Positions 34,414 to 43,306 of a stretch of 64,000 nt of DNA are shown here, one piece after another. The position numbers were made by a program, and so were the translations under genes. Each line of letters starts with the position of its first letter. Positions within the stretch are counted from its first letter, which is position 1. Below the pieces are notes generated by a model. The model had not been told where the DNA came from and made no database searches. It worked only from the letters and a program-made list of their open reading frames with translations. Source of the DNA: a virus; the IMG/VR virus record IMGVR_UViG_3300040959_000769, positions 32,001 through 96,000 of that record; one strand, written 5' to 3'.

Positions 34414-36479
34414 TGAATACCCAAGATCGCTAGCAGTGCTTCACGAGAGTTCTCTAACTTATTCAGACGATCATTGAAAAGAGTTTCAACAATCTCCAAG
34501 TGTTGCTCTTCGCCTTCACTTAGTTTACCGTCAACAGCTAATTTCTCGCGGTACTCCGTCCAATCAAATTCACGTGCTCTATCAATAAGAGCATTGAGAA
34601 CCTGGATCAGAATGTCACGTTGCTGATCTGTCGCCTCAGAGAAATCTTGACCGTAAGAGGTTTTCGTTGACTCAAAGAAAGCCGGGATATCCAAAGATCG
34701 ACGCTCTTCCAACTCTTCAGCACTCAACCCAATCAGGGCAGAAGCAGGACCAATACCTGCAACGAGATCAAACTCATCCTCATTTTCCTCTTGGCGAACG
34801 CCGATGATTGAGGCAGGAGAACGGTCACGGGTGTCGGACAGCCAGTCCGCAATCTGAACGCCAATAATTCGCTCAGGAGGAAGATCACCAGGGCTCAAGT
34901 TTCTGTCAATAAACGTGCCTTCAATCACCCCGTCAGGAGAACGGTAAGCAAATGGCTTGTCGTCACCTTCGCCAGCGAACTTGACTGCTGGAGCCTGCAC
35001 ACCAAGCGACCGCAATACCTCTGATGAGAAGTGTGCGCTCAGATGTTCAAAATCAGTGTTGTTGGTTTTGACAATAATCTTTGCGCCTTCTTCAGGTTCA
35101 AACAAAGTGATGTCTTCACGAAGTTCGCGCTCCTTGTACCGGTCGCTTCTCTTCAATGCTTCAAACACGACAGAAGGATCTAACTGAGACAGAAGACCAC
35201 CGTTATTCAAATGCTCTACAGCGCCTTTAACCGTGGCAATCCGCTCCTCAGTATCCGGAGCAACTGCATCACCATCCGCAGTTGGTACAGCAGCAGTGAC
35301 CTCTCCATCATCATCAACAGCATCTTCAACTCGTTCATCCGGCTGCTCTACAAACGCACCAACAGCCCAACGAGGCATGCCCTTGTTTTTACCTGACGAG
35401 ATAGTTTCATCCCCGTCTTTGACGTCACCGATATCTTGACTGAATTCAAATGACCCGTCAGTTTTCTCAGCAATAAACTTCAGTCGAGCCGTAGGATCTG
35501 TAGAGACATCCTGCTTCTTCGCATCAGCCACGTCCTTACCCAACTGACGACGCTCACCCGTGGACAGATCACGTTTCTTATCCAAACGCAACTGCACCCC
35601 GTTAGGAGTCACGTACACCAGAGATGTGACACCCGTGTTTGACAAGAACTTCAGCTCGTCGCCACCAAGTTGTTCGGCAGAGCGTGCCGACATCACGTAC
35701 GCCGCTTCTTCCATGTTCCTGTTATCAGGAACATCACGCAGTTCCTGAGCAGAAACCACAGGAACCATCAAAAATCCGTCACGACGTACCAACACGCCCG
35801 ATTCGGCATCTTGATTCGCAACAGCATCAACAGCCTGTTTGATACCTTCAGAACGAGCCTTGTTATCCTCGTTCCCAACACGAGGAACATTTGCGGCACG
35901 TTGAACCATCAACTGTGCTGTAGCGTCATCCGCTCCACCTTCAATAACCTCAGCGTCAGTAGACGTAGAGGGAGCACCAGATCCAACGGAACGAGTGCCA
36001 CGGGTACGGTAAATCGCCTGAGCGAGAGTTTCCCGTAATGAAGGAATGTCAAACAACTGCTTACCGCAAGTTGTGAAGTTCTCATCAGTGAAACGTCCAC
36101 CAAACTGGAAACCTTCTGGGCAACGGTAGCCGCGCTCAGGTTTCTGTGGGACAGATCCACGTCCACGACCACCACCAGGGGTCAAAGCTCGAGAAATTCC
36201 AGACCTAATAGGCGAACGAGCAGGACTCACGTTCCCTGGAGCAAGCATTGAGCCAGCGGCTTGAGCAGCCTGCGATGCCCGCCCACCTCCGAGTGCCCCA
36301 ACACGCTTAACGCTTTGGTTGCGGTACAAGCGACCCTTATGCTCAGCCAACACCTTAGAACCGAGCAAAGGGAAATAAAACAACCCCGTTGCTGGCTTCC
36401 GCTCGTCGTCAAGAACGAAATGACGAATGAAAGAAAGCGGGCGAGGCAGACGATCAGCCATCGCCGCACCCGCAGCCAC
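34410..36479 (-). CDS. head-cluster protein with degenerate HipA-like kinase domain
   Basis: IIVK...AHFSSEVLRSLGV...ADWLSDTRDRSPAS; shares RCPxG..GG..TD...CG with the giant protein. Confidence 0.7.
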   Translation of the reverse strand: MAAGAAMADRLPRPLSFIRHFVLDDERKPATGLFYFPLLGSKVLAEHKGRLYRNQSVKRVGALGGGRASQAAQAAGSMLAPGNVSPARSPIRSGISRALTPGGGRGRGSVPQKPERGYRCPEGFQFGGRFTDENFTTCGKQLFDIPSLRETLAQAIYRTRGTRSVGSGAPSTSTDAEVIEGGADDATAQLMVQRAANVPRVGNEDNKARSEGIKQAVDAVANQDAESGVLVRRDGFLMVPVVSAQELRDVPDNRNMEEAAYVMSARSAEQLGGDELKFLSNTGVTSLVYVTPNGVQLRLDKKRDLSTGERRQLGKDVADAKKQDVSTDPTARLKFIAEKTDGSFEFSQDIGDVKDGDETISSGKNKGMPRWAVGAFVEQPDERVEDAVDDDGEVTAAVPTADGDAVAPDTEERIATVKGAVEHLNNGGLLSQLDPSVVFEALKRSDRYKERELREDITLFEPEEGAKIIVKTNNTDFEHLSAHFSSEVLRSLGVQAPAVKFAGEGDDKPFAYRSPDGVIEGTFIDRNLSPGDLPPERIIGVQIADWLSDTRDRSPASIIGVRQEENEDEFDLVAGIGPASALIGLSAEELEERRSLDIPAFFESTKTSYGQDFSEATDQQRDILIQVLNALIDRAREFDWTEYREKLAVDGKLSEGEEQHLEIVETLFNDRLNKLENSREALLAILGIQ

Positions 36480-37065
36480 AGCCGTCAGAGTCGGCTTTCA
36501 TCCATTCATGCTCTACTTCGTTGCCGTTTTCGTCTTCACCAATATGGATCCAGTTTTTGTCATCTCGCAGATAGTCAACAAAACCTTTCTCCATCTCCAT
36601 GAACTCGCTCAGGACTTTCATGGCGTAGGTGTAGTCACCTTCAGTGACAACATAATTCTCTTGAGGGGTCAACGCCCCTTTTTTGCCCCGACGGAAACGG
36701 CGAGCCAAACGACGCTCCCACTCTTTGTCCGTCCACAAAGAACCACGACGACCCTTGCGAGGCTTGCCTCGACAGTTCTTCATGCCAGGATGATGGCATC
36801 CCTCATTTGGCCACAAGCCAGTTGTTTCGTGGTGGAGCCAAGCGCAGATCCGCTCCAACGGGTACAACTCGGGGTGATTTGCAAGAATTCGGCGACAGCG
36901 ACGGAAACCGCCAGGTTTACGCATAATCGGACGCCAGTAGCGGAGAAGACGCTCCAAGTTTCCACGACGAGGTCCATAGCCACGAAGAATGTCACCAGAG
37001 ATCCGCTCTTGGGGCAGATCTAAAACCGACTGCAACGCCGGAGGGGTAGGAGCTTTTTCTTCCAT
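36454..37065 (-). CDS. head-associated hypothetical protein
   Basis: PGGFRRC...ICAWLHHETTGLWP motif seen in actinophage head proteins. Confidence 0.7.
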   Translation of the reverse strand: MEEKAPTPPALQSVLDLPQERISGDILRGYGPRRGNLERLLRYWRPIMRKPGGFRRCRRILANHPELYPLERICAWLHHETTGLWPNEGCHHPGMKNCRGKPRKGRRGSLWTDKEWERRLARRFRRGKKGALTPQENYVVTEGDYTYAMKVLSEFMEMEKGFVDYLRDDKNWIHIGEDENGNEVEHEWMKADSDGCGCGCGDG

Positions 37066-37073
37066 CGGTTACC

Positions 37074-37358
37074 TCAACTCTCGCATCCGCAATCGTCATC
37101 GCTCGCAAATTGAGAACGCAAACGTTCGTAAATATCTGCACGAGAAGCGGCAATAGCATTTCTTACCTTGTTAGCCAGTTCACGCTCGGGATCAGCAATG
37201 ACCCTTTTTACGTGAGTGCCGCGAAACTCGTAAGGCGTGTAGACGTACTCTGGCTCCCTATGCCGGTCAAGAAGTGGGTGTGCCTTCGCTGATGCGCTTA
37301 GATCTTTGGCACGACGAATAGCAATATTCACTTTTTGACTAGCAGTAACAGGGTCCAT
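37074..37358 (-). CDS. hypothetical protein
   Basis: ORF track; ends DDDCGCES. Confidence 0.7.
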   Translation of the reverse strand: MDPVTASQKVNIAIRRAKDLSASAKAHPLLDRHREPEYVYTPYEFRGTHVKRVIADPERELANKVRNAIAASRADIYERLRSQFASDDDCGCES

Positions 37359-37387
37359 GTCCCCATACCTCTTTTAAATTGTAGAGG

Positions 37388-39007
37388 TCAGACTTCGCCG
37401 ATTTCGTCCTCAACGGAAAGCATTTCAAACTCCATGATCTTTGCCATGAAGTCGTCTTCTGCGCTCTTCTCGTCGGACTCGGCAGCCTCAGCCTCTTCAG
37501 CGATCTTCTTTGGCACCCAGTTCTCTGGGATGAGGTCAGCAGAGTCAAGATCCATCGCACGCTTGATGATGTGTGCTTTAGCCTTGTCTTTGTCCTTGGC
37601 TCGACCATACGCTTGAATAGCGTTCTTCAAGTCCTCAACGTCCTTGATTGGGAACGAACCGTCTTCCATCGCCATGCCGCTCTCAGCGAGTTTCTCACGC
37701 TCGTCGTCTGAATACATCCGCTTCAGCGCAAGTTCAGCCGCTTCGGCTTCAATATCAACAACTTCAGAGGCGTCGTACTCGTCGTAGCCGAAACGCTCAC
37801 CGCCGAGACCAACGAAAGCGTCGTACGACTTGCCGTTCTCGCCGTCAATCTCAAAGACGTACGAGTCATACCCCTCAAAGAGGTCGGAGTCGGCTTCAAG
37901 AACTTTGCCTTCAATTCCCAGTTCGTCTTTCAGCATCTCCAAAGCAATACGCTCGGCGCTCTTGATATCAACCAAGGCGCTCTCTGCGTCTTCAAGAGAC
38001 TTCTGACCCATGGCGCTCTCAAGATCAGACGTTGTCAGGCGATGGAAGTTAACAACTTCACCAGTCTGACCGTCAGCGAGGATCTCAAATGCTCGCCCGT
38101 CCTTGCCCATCACGTCAACGATGAACAGATCCGCTTCGTCTGCATAGCCAGAAGAAAGAACTTTGCCGCCGAACATGTCAAGAGCGACACCTTCAATATC
38201 AAGGATTCCGGGCATGCCCTCTTCGGGGGCGCAACCGCCAGGGCAGTTGGCGCAGACGTCGTCTTTGGCTGAGTAAACCTTACGTTCCATTTGGCAGAGG
38301 AACACGTCCTCTTCCTCGGCAACGCCAAGTGACTTCATCGCCATGCGACGTGAACGCTTGCCGGGCTTCATCATCCCGTAACCCTTGCCGTCCTCGTCGT
38401 CTTCGTCTTCCATCTCTGCGTCAGGAGCAGCCTCTTCAGCTTCGTCCTCTTCCTCGTCCTCGTCCTCGTCGCCGCGAACAGGAGCGGGCGCACCGAATGC
38501 CTTCTCCTCAACGTCAGCAGCGTCAACGATTTCAATTTCAATGCTGTCAGCGCTTTTCTCCTCGGCATCAGCCTCGGTTGCCTCTTCGGCATCAGCGTCG
38601 TCTTCTTCAGCAGGAGCATCTTCGGATTTTGCTTCGATGATCTCTTCTGCGTCCTTCTCAGAAATCTCTAGCTCGGCGACCTCTGTCGCATCTTCAGCCA
38701 GATCTTGAGAATCGTCTTTAGCCTCAACAGCCATGGCTCCACAAGCGCCACATACTTTGCCGCCCTTGTAACCACACTCTTTGATGTCCATGCCTTTGGC
38801 ACATTTCATAACATCGCCATCTGCACTGATCTTGACGACGGCTTTTTCTTCGGTGCTTTCCATTTCCTCTGTCTCCTTGTACTGCATTGCTCGTGACAAG
38901 CAGCCTTTGGGATTAGAGCACCCAGAACATGGTTCCATTCGTTTCTGACCTGAAACCATGCAAAGGTACTTGTTGGTGATTTTCACTAAAGACTTTTCTC
39001 TGTCCAT
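37388..39007 (-). CDS. acidic scaffold-like head protein with two PepSY-like repeats
   Basis: Cys-rich N-terminus, acidic linker, two A..IAL...GKVL.....YVF.I...G repeats, GSFPI...DLKNAIQAYGRA...IP..W C-terminal domain. Confidence 0.65.
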   Translation of the reverse strand: MDREKSLVKITNKYLCMVSGQKRMEPCSGCSNPKGCLSRAMQYKETEEMESTEEKAVVKISADGDVMKCAKGMDIKECGYKGGKVCGACGAMAVEAKDDSQDLAEDATEVAELEISEKDAEEIIEAKSEDAPAEEDDADAEEATEADAEEKSADSIEIEIVDAADVEEKAFGAPAPVRGDEDEDEEEDEAEEAAPDAEMEDEDDEDGKGYGMMKPGKRSRRMAMKSLGVAEEEDVFLCQMERKVYSAKDDVCANCPGGCAPEEGMPGILDIEGVALDMFGGKVLSSGYADEADLFIVDVMGKDGRAFEILADGQTGEVVNFHRLTTSDLESAMGQKSLEDAESALVDIKSAERIALEMLKDELGIEGKVLEADSDLFEGYDSYVFEIDGENGKSYDAFVGLGGERFGYDEYDASEVVDIEAEAAELALKRMYSDDEREKLAESGMAMEDGSFPIKDVEDLKNAIQAYGRAKDKDKAKAHIIKRAMDLDSADLIPENWVPKKIAEEAEAAESDEKSAEDDFMAKIMEFEMLSVEDEIGEV

Positions 39008-39114
39008 GTGTTGCTCATTTAGTTTAGTCTACGCAACCAGTGTTCTGAAGTAACGACTTCATTTCGCTGTGACGTAAAATCCGACTTTACTGATATTCCC
39101 TAAGAACTTGCTTG

Positions 39115-40758
39115 TCAACTATTCTTGGAGATGTACGACTCGGTTGCTGTCTTGAGCGCATTCTTGAAGTTCGCCACGTCACCGTCAATAGATTTGATAG
39201 CGATTCCGTCTTCGTGAACCTCAGTAATTGCCGAGTAATGCTGCAAAACGGGATCAATGTGAGACTTGATTGCAAACAACTTCTCTGCTGGCGCTCGAAG
39301 TTTCATTTCAATCTCTGCACGACCACCAGCGGCGATCACTTCTTGCAACAGATTCATTGCCGTCTGGAGTTTCTCAAGATTGCCCGCGCTGATGACACGT
39401 CCGACCTTTTCCTCCAATTCATCGGACACGTCAGACTTGATGAGGTCAAGCATTTGACGCACACGAGACATGGTGTCTCCTGAGCCACTGCCCCCACATC
39501 CGCAGCCACAATCTTTTTCAGTGGGAGAACTTCCGTAAGTATCAGGAGTTGGGGTTTCGCCCTCTTCTGTCGGGTTCCCGCCTTCGTCGTCGCCGTCTTC
39601 GGCAGTCACATAAATCGTTCGGACAACAACTTTTTCAGGCTCTCCGAACATCCACTCCCCATCAACGTAACGGAATCCGACACGCATTGTCATTGGTTCG
39701 CCATCATGCATGTGATCAAACGTGACTTTCCCGCCACGGATTTCACGAACACGGATGGGGCCACCAAAACGCTTGGCGAGCTCTACTTTCAGCGAGTGAT
39801 ACTCCATCCCGCCATGACCTTTTTCTTCAGCCATCACGGTTTCAAGTTCATCTAGATCGTCAAGAGCATCTTTCTTTTTGCGCTCATCAACTTTCTTCAT
39901 CGCTTCCCGGACTACGTTCTTCATGTAGTCCTCGCCCCTGCCCCCTATCGCTAACCACTTGATCTGAGCGATCACGCCTGGAAGGCGAAAGTCTCCCTCG
40001 TGGCGGGCCACCCACGCCTCGCGCAATTCGAGAGCGTTGATCTGATCTTGAGTCTTTGCGACCCCGCCCTCTTCTGCGATTTTTGTCAGAATCGCATATT
40101 GAGCGTTGCCTTTGATGTTCCCGCCTTTTTTCCAAATCTCTGGGTAGTCCTCTTTGATCCGAGCGGCAAATTCCCTATCAAACATCTTCCATTTGCTTTT
40201 ACCAAACGAAGATACTTCATCGTCAGTTTTATCTGACTTGATAGAAATGGTACCAGTTAGCTGGTTCGCTCCGTGAAGGACTGGGGAAACTTCATAAAGT
40301 TCAACTTCCCGCAACAAATTCGCTTTGCGCTCGTTGTCGTACGTGGCTTCAAGCGTCTTGTAGCCGATTGACCACTCCTGCTCTTCTCCGTAGAAAGACA
40401 CGTTGGTGAAAGCCTCTCGCCCCTTTTCGGACTTGAGGTTGAATTGGACGCGAGCGTAGAGACCGCCAATTCCTGCTTGCTTCATTTTTGATGGCAAACG
40501 CCTGTCGGCTGGTCCAACTTCGTAAATCTCAAGAACTTTCCCAATTGGGTGGTTCCAGTCGTGTCCCCACACCACGCGAGGCTTGCGACGCTTCAAACTT
40601 TCAGTAAAAGCGCCAGGAAGGACAATGTCGCCGACGCTGTCCTTGTTGCCAACTCCGGAAACGAAGCACTCAACGATTCCCTGTGCTTCGTCTACATTGA
40701 TTTGTCCAGAGATCGCCTTGAATTCTGTGGCATGTGCGGATGCATTTGAGATCTGCAT
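39115..40758 (-). CDS. HK97-family prohead (capsid maturation) protease with C-terminal extension
   Basis: DSVGDIVLPGAF, WGHDWNHPIG (His), EWSIGY (Ser), LYEVSPVLHGAN. Confidence 0.9.
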   Translation of the reverse strand: MQISNASAHATEFKAISGQINVDEAQGIVECFVSGVGNKDSVGDIVLPGAFTESLKRRKPRVVWGHDWNHPIGKVLEIYEVGPADRRLPSKMKQAGIGGLYARVQFNLKSEKGREAFTNVSFYGEEQEWSIGYKTLEATYDNERKANLLREVELYEVSPVLHGANQLTGTISIKSDKTDDEVSSFGKSKWKMFDREFAARIKEDYPEIWKKGGNIKGNAQYAILTKIAEEGGVAKTQDQINALELREAWVARHEGDFRLPGVIAQIKWLAIGGRGEDYMKNVVREAMKKVDERKKKDALDDLDELETVMAEEKGHGGMEYHSLKVELAKRFGGPIRVREIRGGKVTFDHMHDGEPMTMRVGFRYVDGEWMFGEPEKVVVRTIYVTAEDGDDEGGNPTEEGETPTPDTYGSSPTEKDCGCGCGGSGSGDTMSRVRQMLDLIKSDVSDELEEKVGRVISAGNLEKLQTAMNLLQEVIAAGGRAEIEMKLRAPAEKLFAIKSHIDPVLQHYSAITEVHEDGIAIKSIDGDVANFKNALKTATESYISKNS

Positions 40759-40824
40759 TTCAACTCCTCTTGTCGTAACGCTCTTAAATAATAGTTCACA
40801 AAGAGCACCAACAAGTGGACATAT

Positions 40825-40850
40825 TTTACTGAAAAACTACTTTCAGTAAA
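40825..40850. promoter_or_regulatory. perfect inverted repeat upstream of the protease gene
   Basis: TTTACTGAAA-N6-TTTCAGTAAA; a related half-site TTTACTGATA at 39086-39095. Confidence 0.55.
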
Positions 40851-43067
40851 TCAGGAGTCAAAATTCAACTTGCAACGGCAGTTGATCGTCAAATGAGGCG
40901 GAGCCAAAGGATCTCCAGGGAAACGAAGAACCGTATCCCCGGCAGCAAACCCATCAGCGATGCCAACGGTCTTGTTATCTAGCAGCGAGTGCGCCTGCCG
41001 AACTCGAGCATCCTTACGGGTCTTCCACGTCTTTGTAGGAGCACCAATCATTCTGCTACCGAAATAAGTACCGGCATTCATAGCCGTCTGAGTCTCATGC
41101 TCCGCAGCAATACGCTTTCTTTTACCAAGCAAGTTGGCGAAGATTGCAGTAATAGCCGCACGCAACAAACTTGACCGATCCTCATCAGAATCAGCGGTCA
41201 AAGCCATCGCCACAATGAGAGCCGCTGCAACCTCTTCACGGGTTGACTCGTTCACCTTCTGGGAGCGAGCGACCTGATTGTCAAGGTATTCCTTAACCTC
41301 ATCAGCATCAGGCGTAGCGTCCATGCCTGACTCCTCAGAGATCAACCCCACAGACTCCTCTAGCACCGCACGGAAAAGCGGCTCAAGATCATCTTTCAAC
41401 TGGCGATCCCAAACATCAAGATCAAAAATCTGATCCACAGTCAAAGACCCATCAGCCATAGCACGACGTGCCTTCACTCCCATGGCTTTCTCAATCACCA
41501 CACGTTGCTGACGCTCAAATAGACGCTCAAACGCCCGATCAATAATGTCCGTCCAACGCTCAGTTGCCTTATCCGACTTTGAATCCCAATCGGAAAGCGC
41601 TTGGGTGTTCATTTTCGTGGCGTACGATCCATGTCCAGAAGCAGAAAGTTGTCCCTCCGGAACGGGCTCAACGGCAGCGACTACGCCCTCTTCGGGTGCG
41701 GCGGGTTGTTGCTCGCCAGGGGCACCAGCAGGAGCGCTCTCCGCTGGAGCACCCTGCTCAGGAGCTGCACCTTCAGGTCCAGCAGGAACAGCGCCACCAG
41801 CAGCAACAGGTTGCTGTTCCTCCACAGCAAAAGGCTTCTCGGTGTTAGCAATCGGAACCAAGTTCGGATTCGACAACAACTGATCGGCAATCTCGGACTC
41901 AACCTTATTGCGACCAGTCTGCTCACGGAACTCGTTGACGCTAATCAGACCTTGCTGGAACTCATCCATCAAATAACGCTGACGTTCCTGCTTGGAGATA
42001 ATCAGGATTGGAACCGTTGACGTATCAAAGTCCAAGTAGTACTGCGGATCAAGCTCATCCAAACCTCGAGCAATTGGCTCTAAGTGGGGAAGCATTGTCT
42101 CCATCCAGAAGACACGCAGTTCTTCAGCGGCATTTGAGAAAGTTCGCCCAGCAGCATTGCCAATCACTGACTCGGGGACACCGAAAGAGGCAAGGATTTC
42201 CTCTTTGGTCAACTGACGCATCTGAGCGTAAGCAGCATCACGAGGGTTGCTTCCGGTATCTACGAAATCAACACCGTCATCGGCAGCAATGACACTAACA
42301 GCGCCTGCTTTGTTTAGATTTCCACGGAAACGACTACGGAGTTCGTCTTTGTCGTCGTCGTCAATCTCTCCTCGAACGACGAGCAATCCACCTGGGCGAC
42401 CATCATTTAGAAGGAAATTGCGGTTGTAGACCCGAGCAAGGTTCTCAATTTCAATTGCAATACCAGCAGACTCCATCGGGGTCATTGACAAGTAAGGATC
42501 CAGAGGGTGGGGGCGTCGCAACCAGATCACGTCTTCTGGCTTCAGCCGAACAGTTTTCCCTTGGGAAAGAGAAACCTCAAAACCTGAAACAAACGTCTTT
42601 GGGTCTGGGATTGGAGCCGTGCTTTGTGGTGGAAGCAGTTGAAGGGCGATGATTCGTCCGTCCCTGCCGCGAACTTTCTCAATGAAAACACCACGGCTCG
42701 ACATCAAAAGTTGGCTGGATAGACGATACCTAAACACAAAAGAGTTTTCCGCAGGGTTGCTCTTTGTATTCAGAATGTCAAGAATGCTGTTGTCCTTGTC
42801 AATAACTTGACCAACAGGACTGTTGTTGTCGCGGAGAATCATCGGGAGGCGCGCTTGGTTGCCCGAAATGGCGTCAATGCAACGGGAAACCCAAACAACA
42901 CGCTGCATTCCTTCTCGGTATGCACGCTCAATATCCCATGAATCACGATATGGCTTACCGGCAACTGCCGTGTTGTAGGCGACTGGAGCCCCCGGACTCA
43001 GGGATGCGGCTTTCATATCAGGAGAACCTGATGCCAAATCCTTGGTCTGTCTAGAATTCCATGCCAT
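40851..43067 (-). CDS. portal protein fused to C-terminal MuF (minor head) domain
   Basis: HK97-type portal motifs (DPYLSMTP, NDGRPGG, FGVPES); C-terminal IAEHET-like...KTW...DARVRQAH...GDP...INCRC. Confidence 0.9.
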   Translation of the reverse strand: MAWNSRQTKDLASGSPDMKAASLSPGAPVAYNTAVAGKPYRDSWDIERAYREGMQRVVWVSRCIDAISGNQARLPMILRDNNSPVGQVIDKDNSILDILNTKSNPAENSFVFRYRLSSQLLMSSRGVFIEKVRGRDGRIIALQLLPPQSTAPIPDPKTFVSGFEVSLSQGKTVRLKPEDVIWLRRPHPLDPYLSMTPMESAGIAIEIENLARVYNRNFLLNDGRPGGLLVVRGEIDDDDKDELRSRFRGNLNKAGAVSVIAADDGVDFVDTGSNPRDAAYAQMRQLTKEEILASFGVPESVIGNAAGRTFSNAAEELRVFWMETMLPHLEPIARGLDELDPQYYLDFDTSTVPILIISKQERQRYLMDEFQQGLISVNEFREQTGRNKVESEIADQLLSNPNLVPIANTEKPFAVEEQQPVAAGGAVPAGPEGAAPEQGAPAESAPAGAPGEQQPAAPEEGVVAAVEPVPEGQLSASGHGSYATKMNTQALSDWDSKSDKATERWTDIIDRAFERLFERQQRVVIEKAMGVKARRAMADGSLTVDQIFDLDVWDRQLKDDLEPLFRAVLEESVGLISEESGMDATPDADEVKEYLDNQVARSQKVNESTREEVAAALIVAMALTADSDEDRSSLLRAAITAIFANLLGKRKRIAAEHETQTAMNAGTYFGSRMIGAPTKTWKTRKDARVRQAHSLLDNKTVGIADGFAAGDTVLRFPGDPLAPPHLTINCRCKLNFDS

Positions 43068-43069
43068 CT

Positions 43070-43249
43070 TTAATCAGACCCCAGTAGGTAGCCGAAAACA
43101 CCACAGGCGACACCTGCGGTTATAAAACCAGCAGCAGGCAACAACAAAGCAGCACCTACCGATGTCAATAGTATAAATGACAGCATCATGATATTGGCGG
43201 TTGCTGCACGTAAATCTCGTGATTTCAGCCAGCTGAACAGTTTCTTCAC
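43070..43249 (-). CDS. small membrane protein preceding portal (59 aa, not in ORF track)
   Basis: hand translation VKKLFSWLKSRDLRAATANIMMLSFILLTSVGAALLLPAAGFITAGVACGVFGYLLGSD; GAGG RBS. Confidence 0.65.
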   Translation of the reverse strand: MKKLFSWLKSRDLRAATANIMMLSFILLTSVGAALLLPAAGFITAGVACGVFGYLLGSD

Positions 43250-43306
43250 ATTGACCTCTATTCCAACAACCTATACTACTTCATAGATCAAGTAGTGGAG
43301 CACCGC

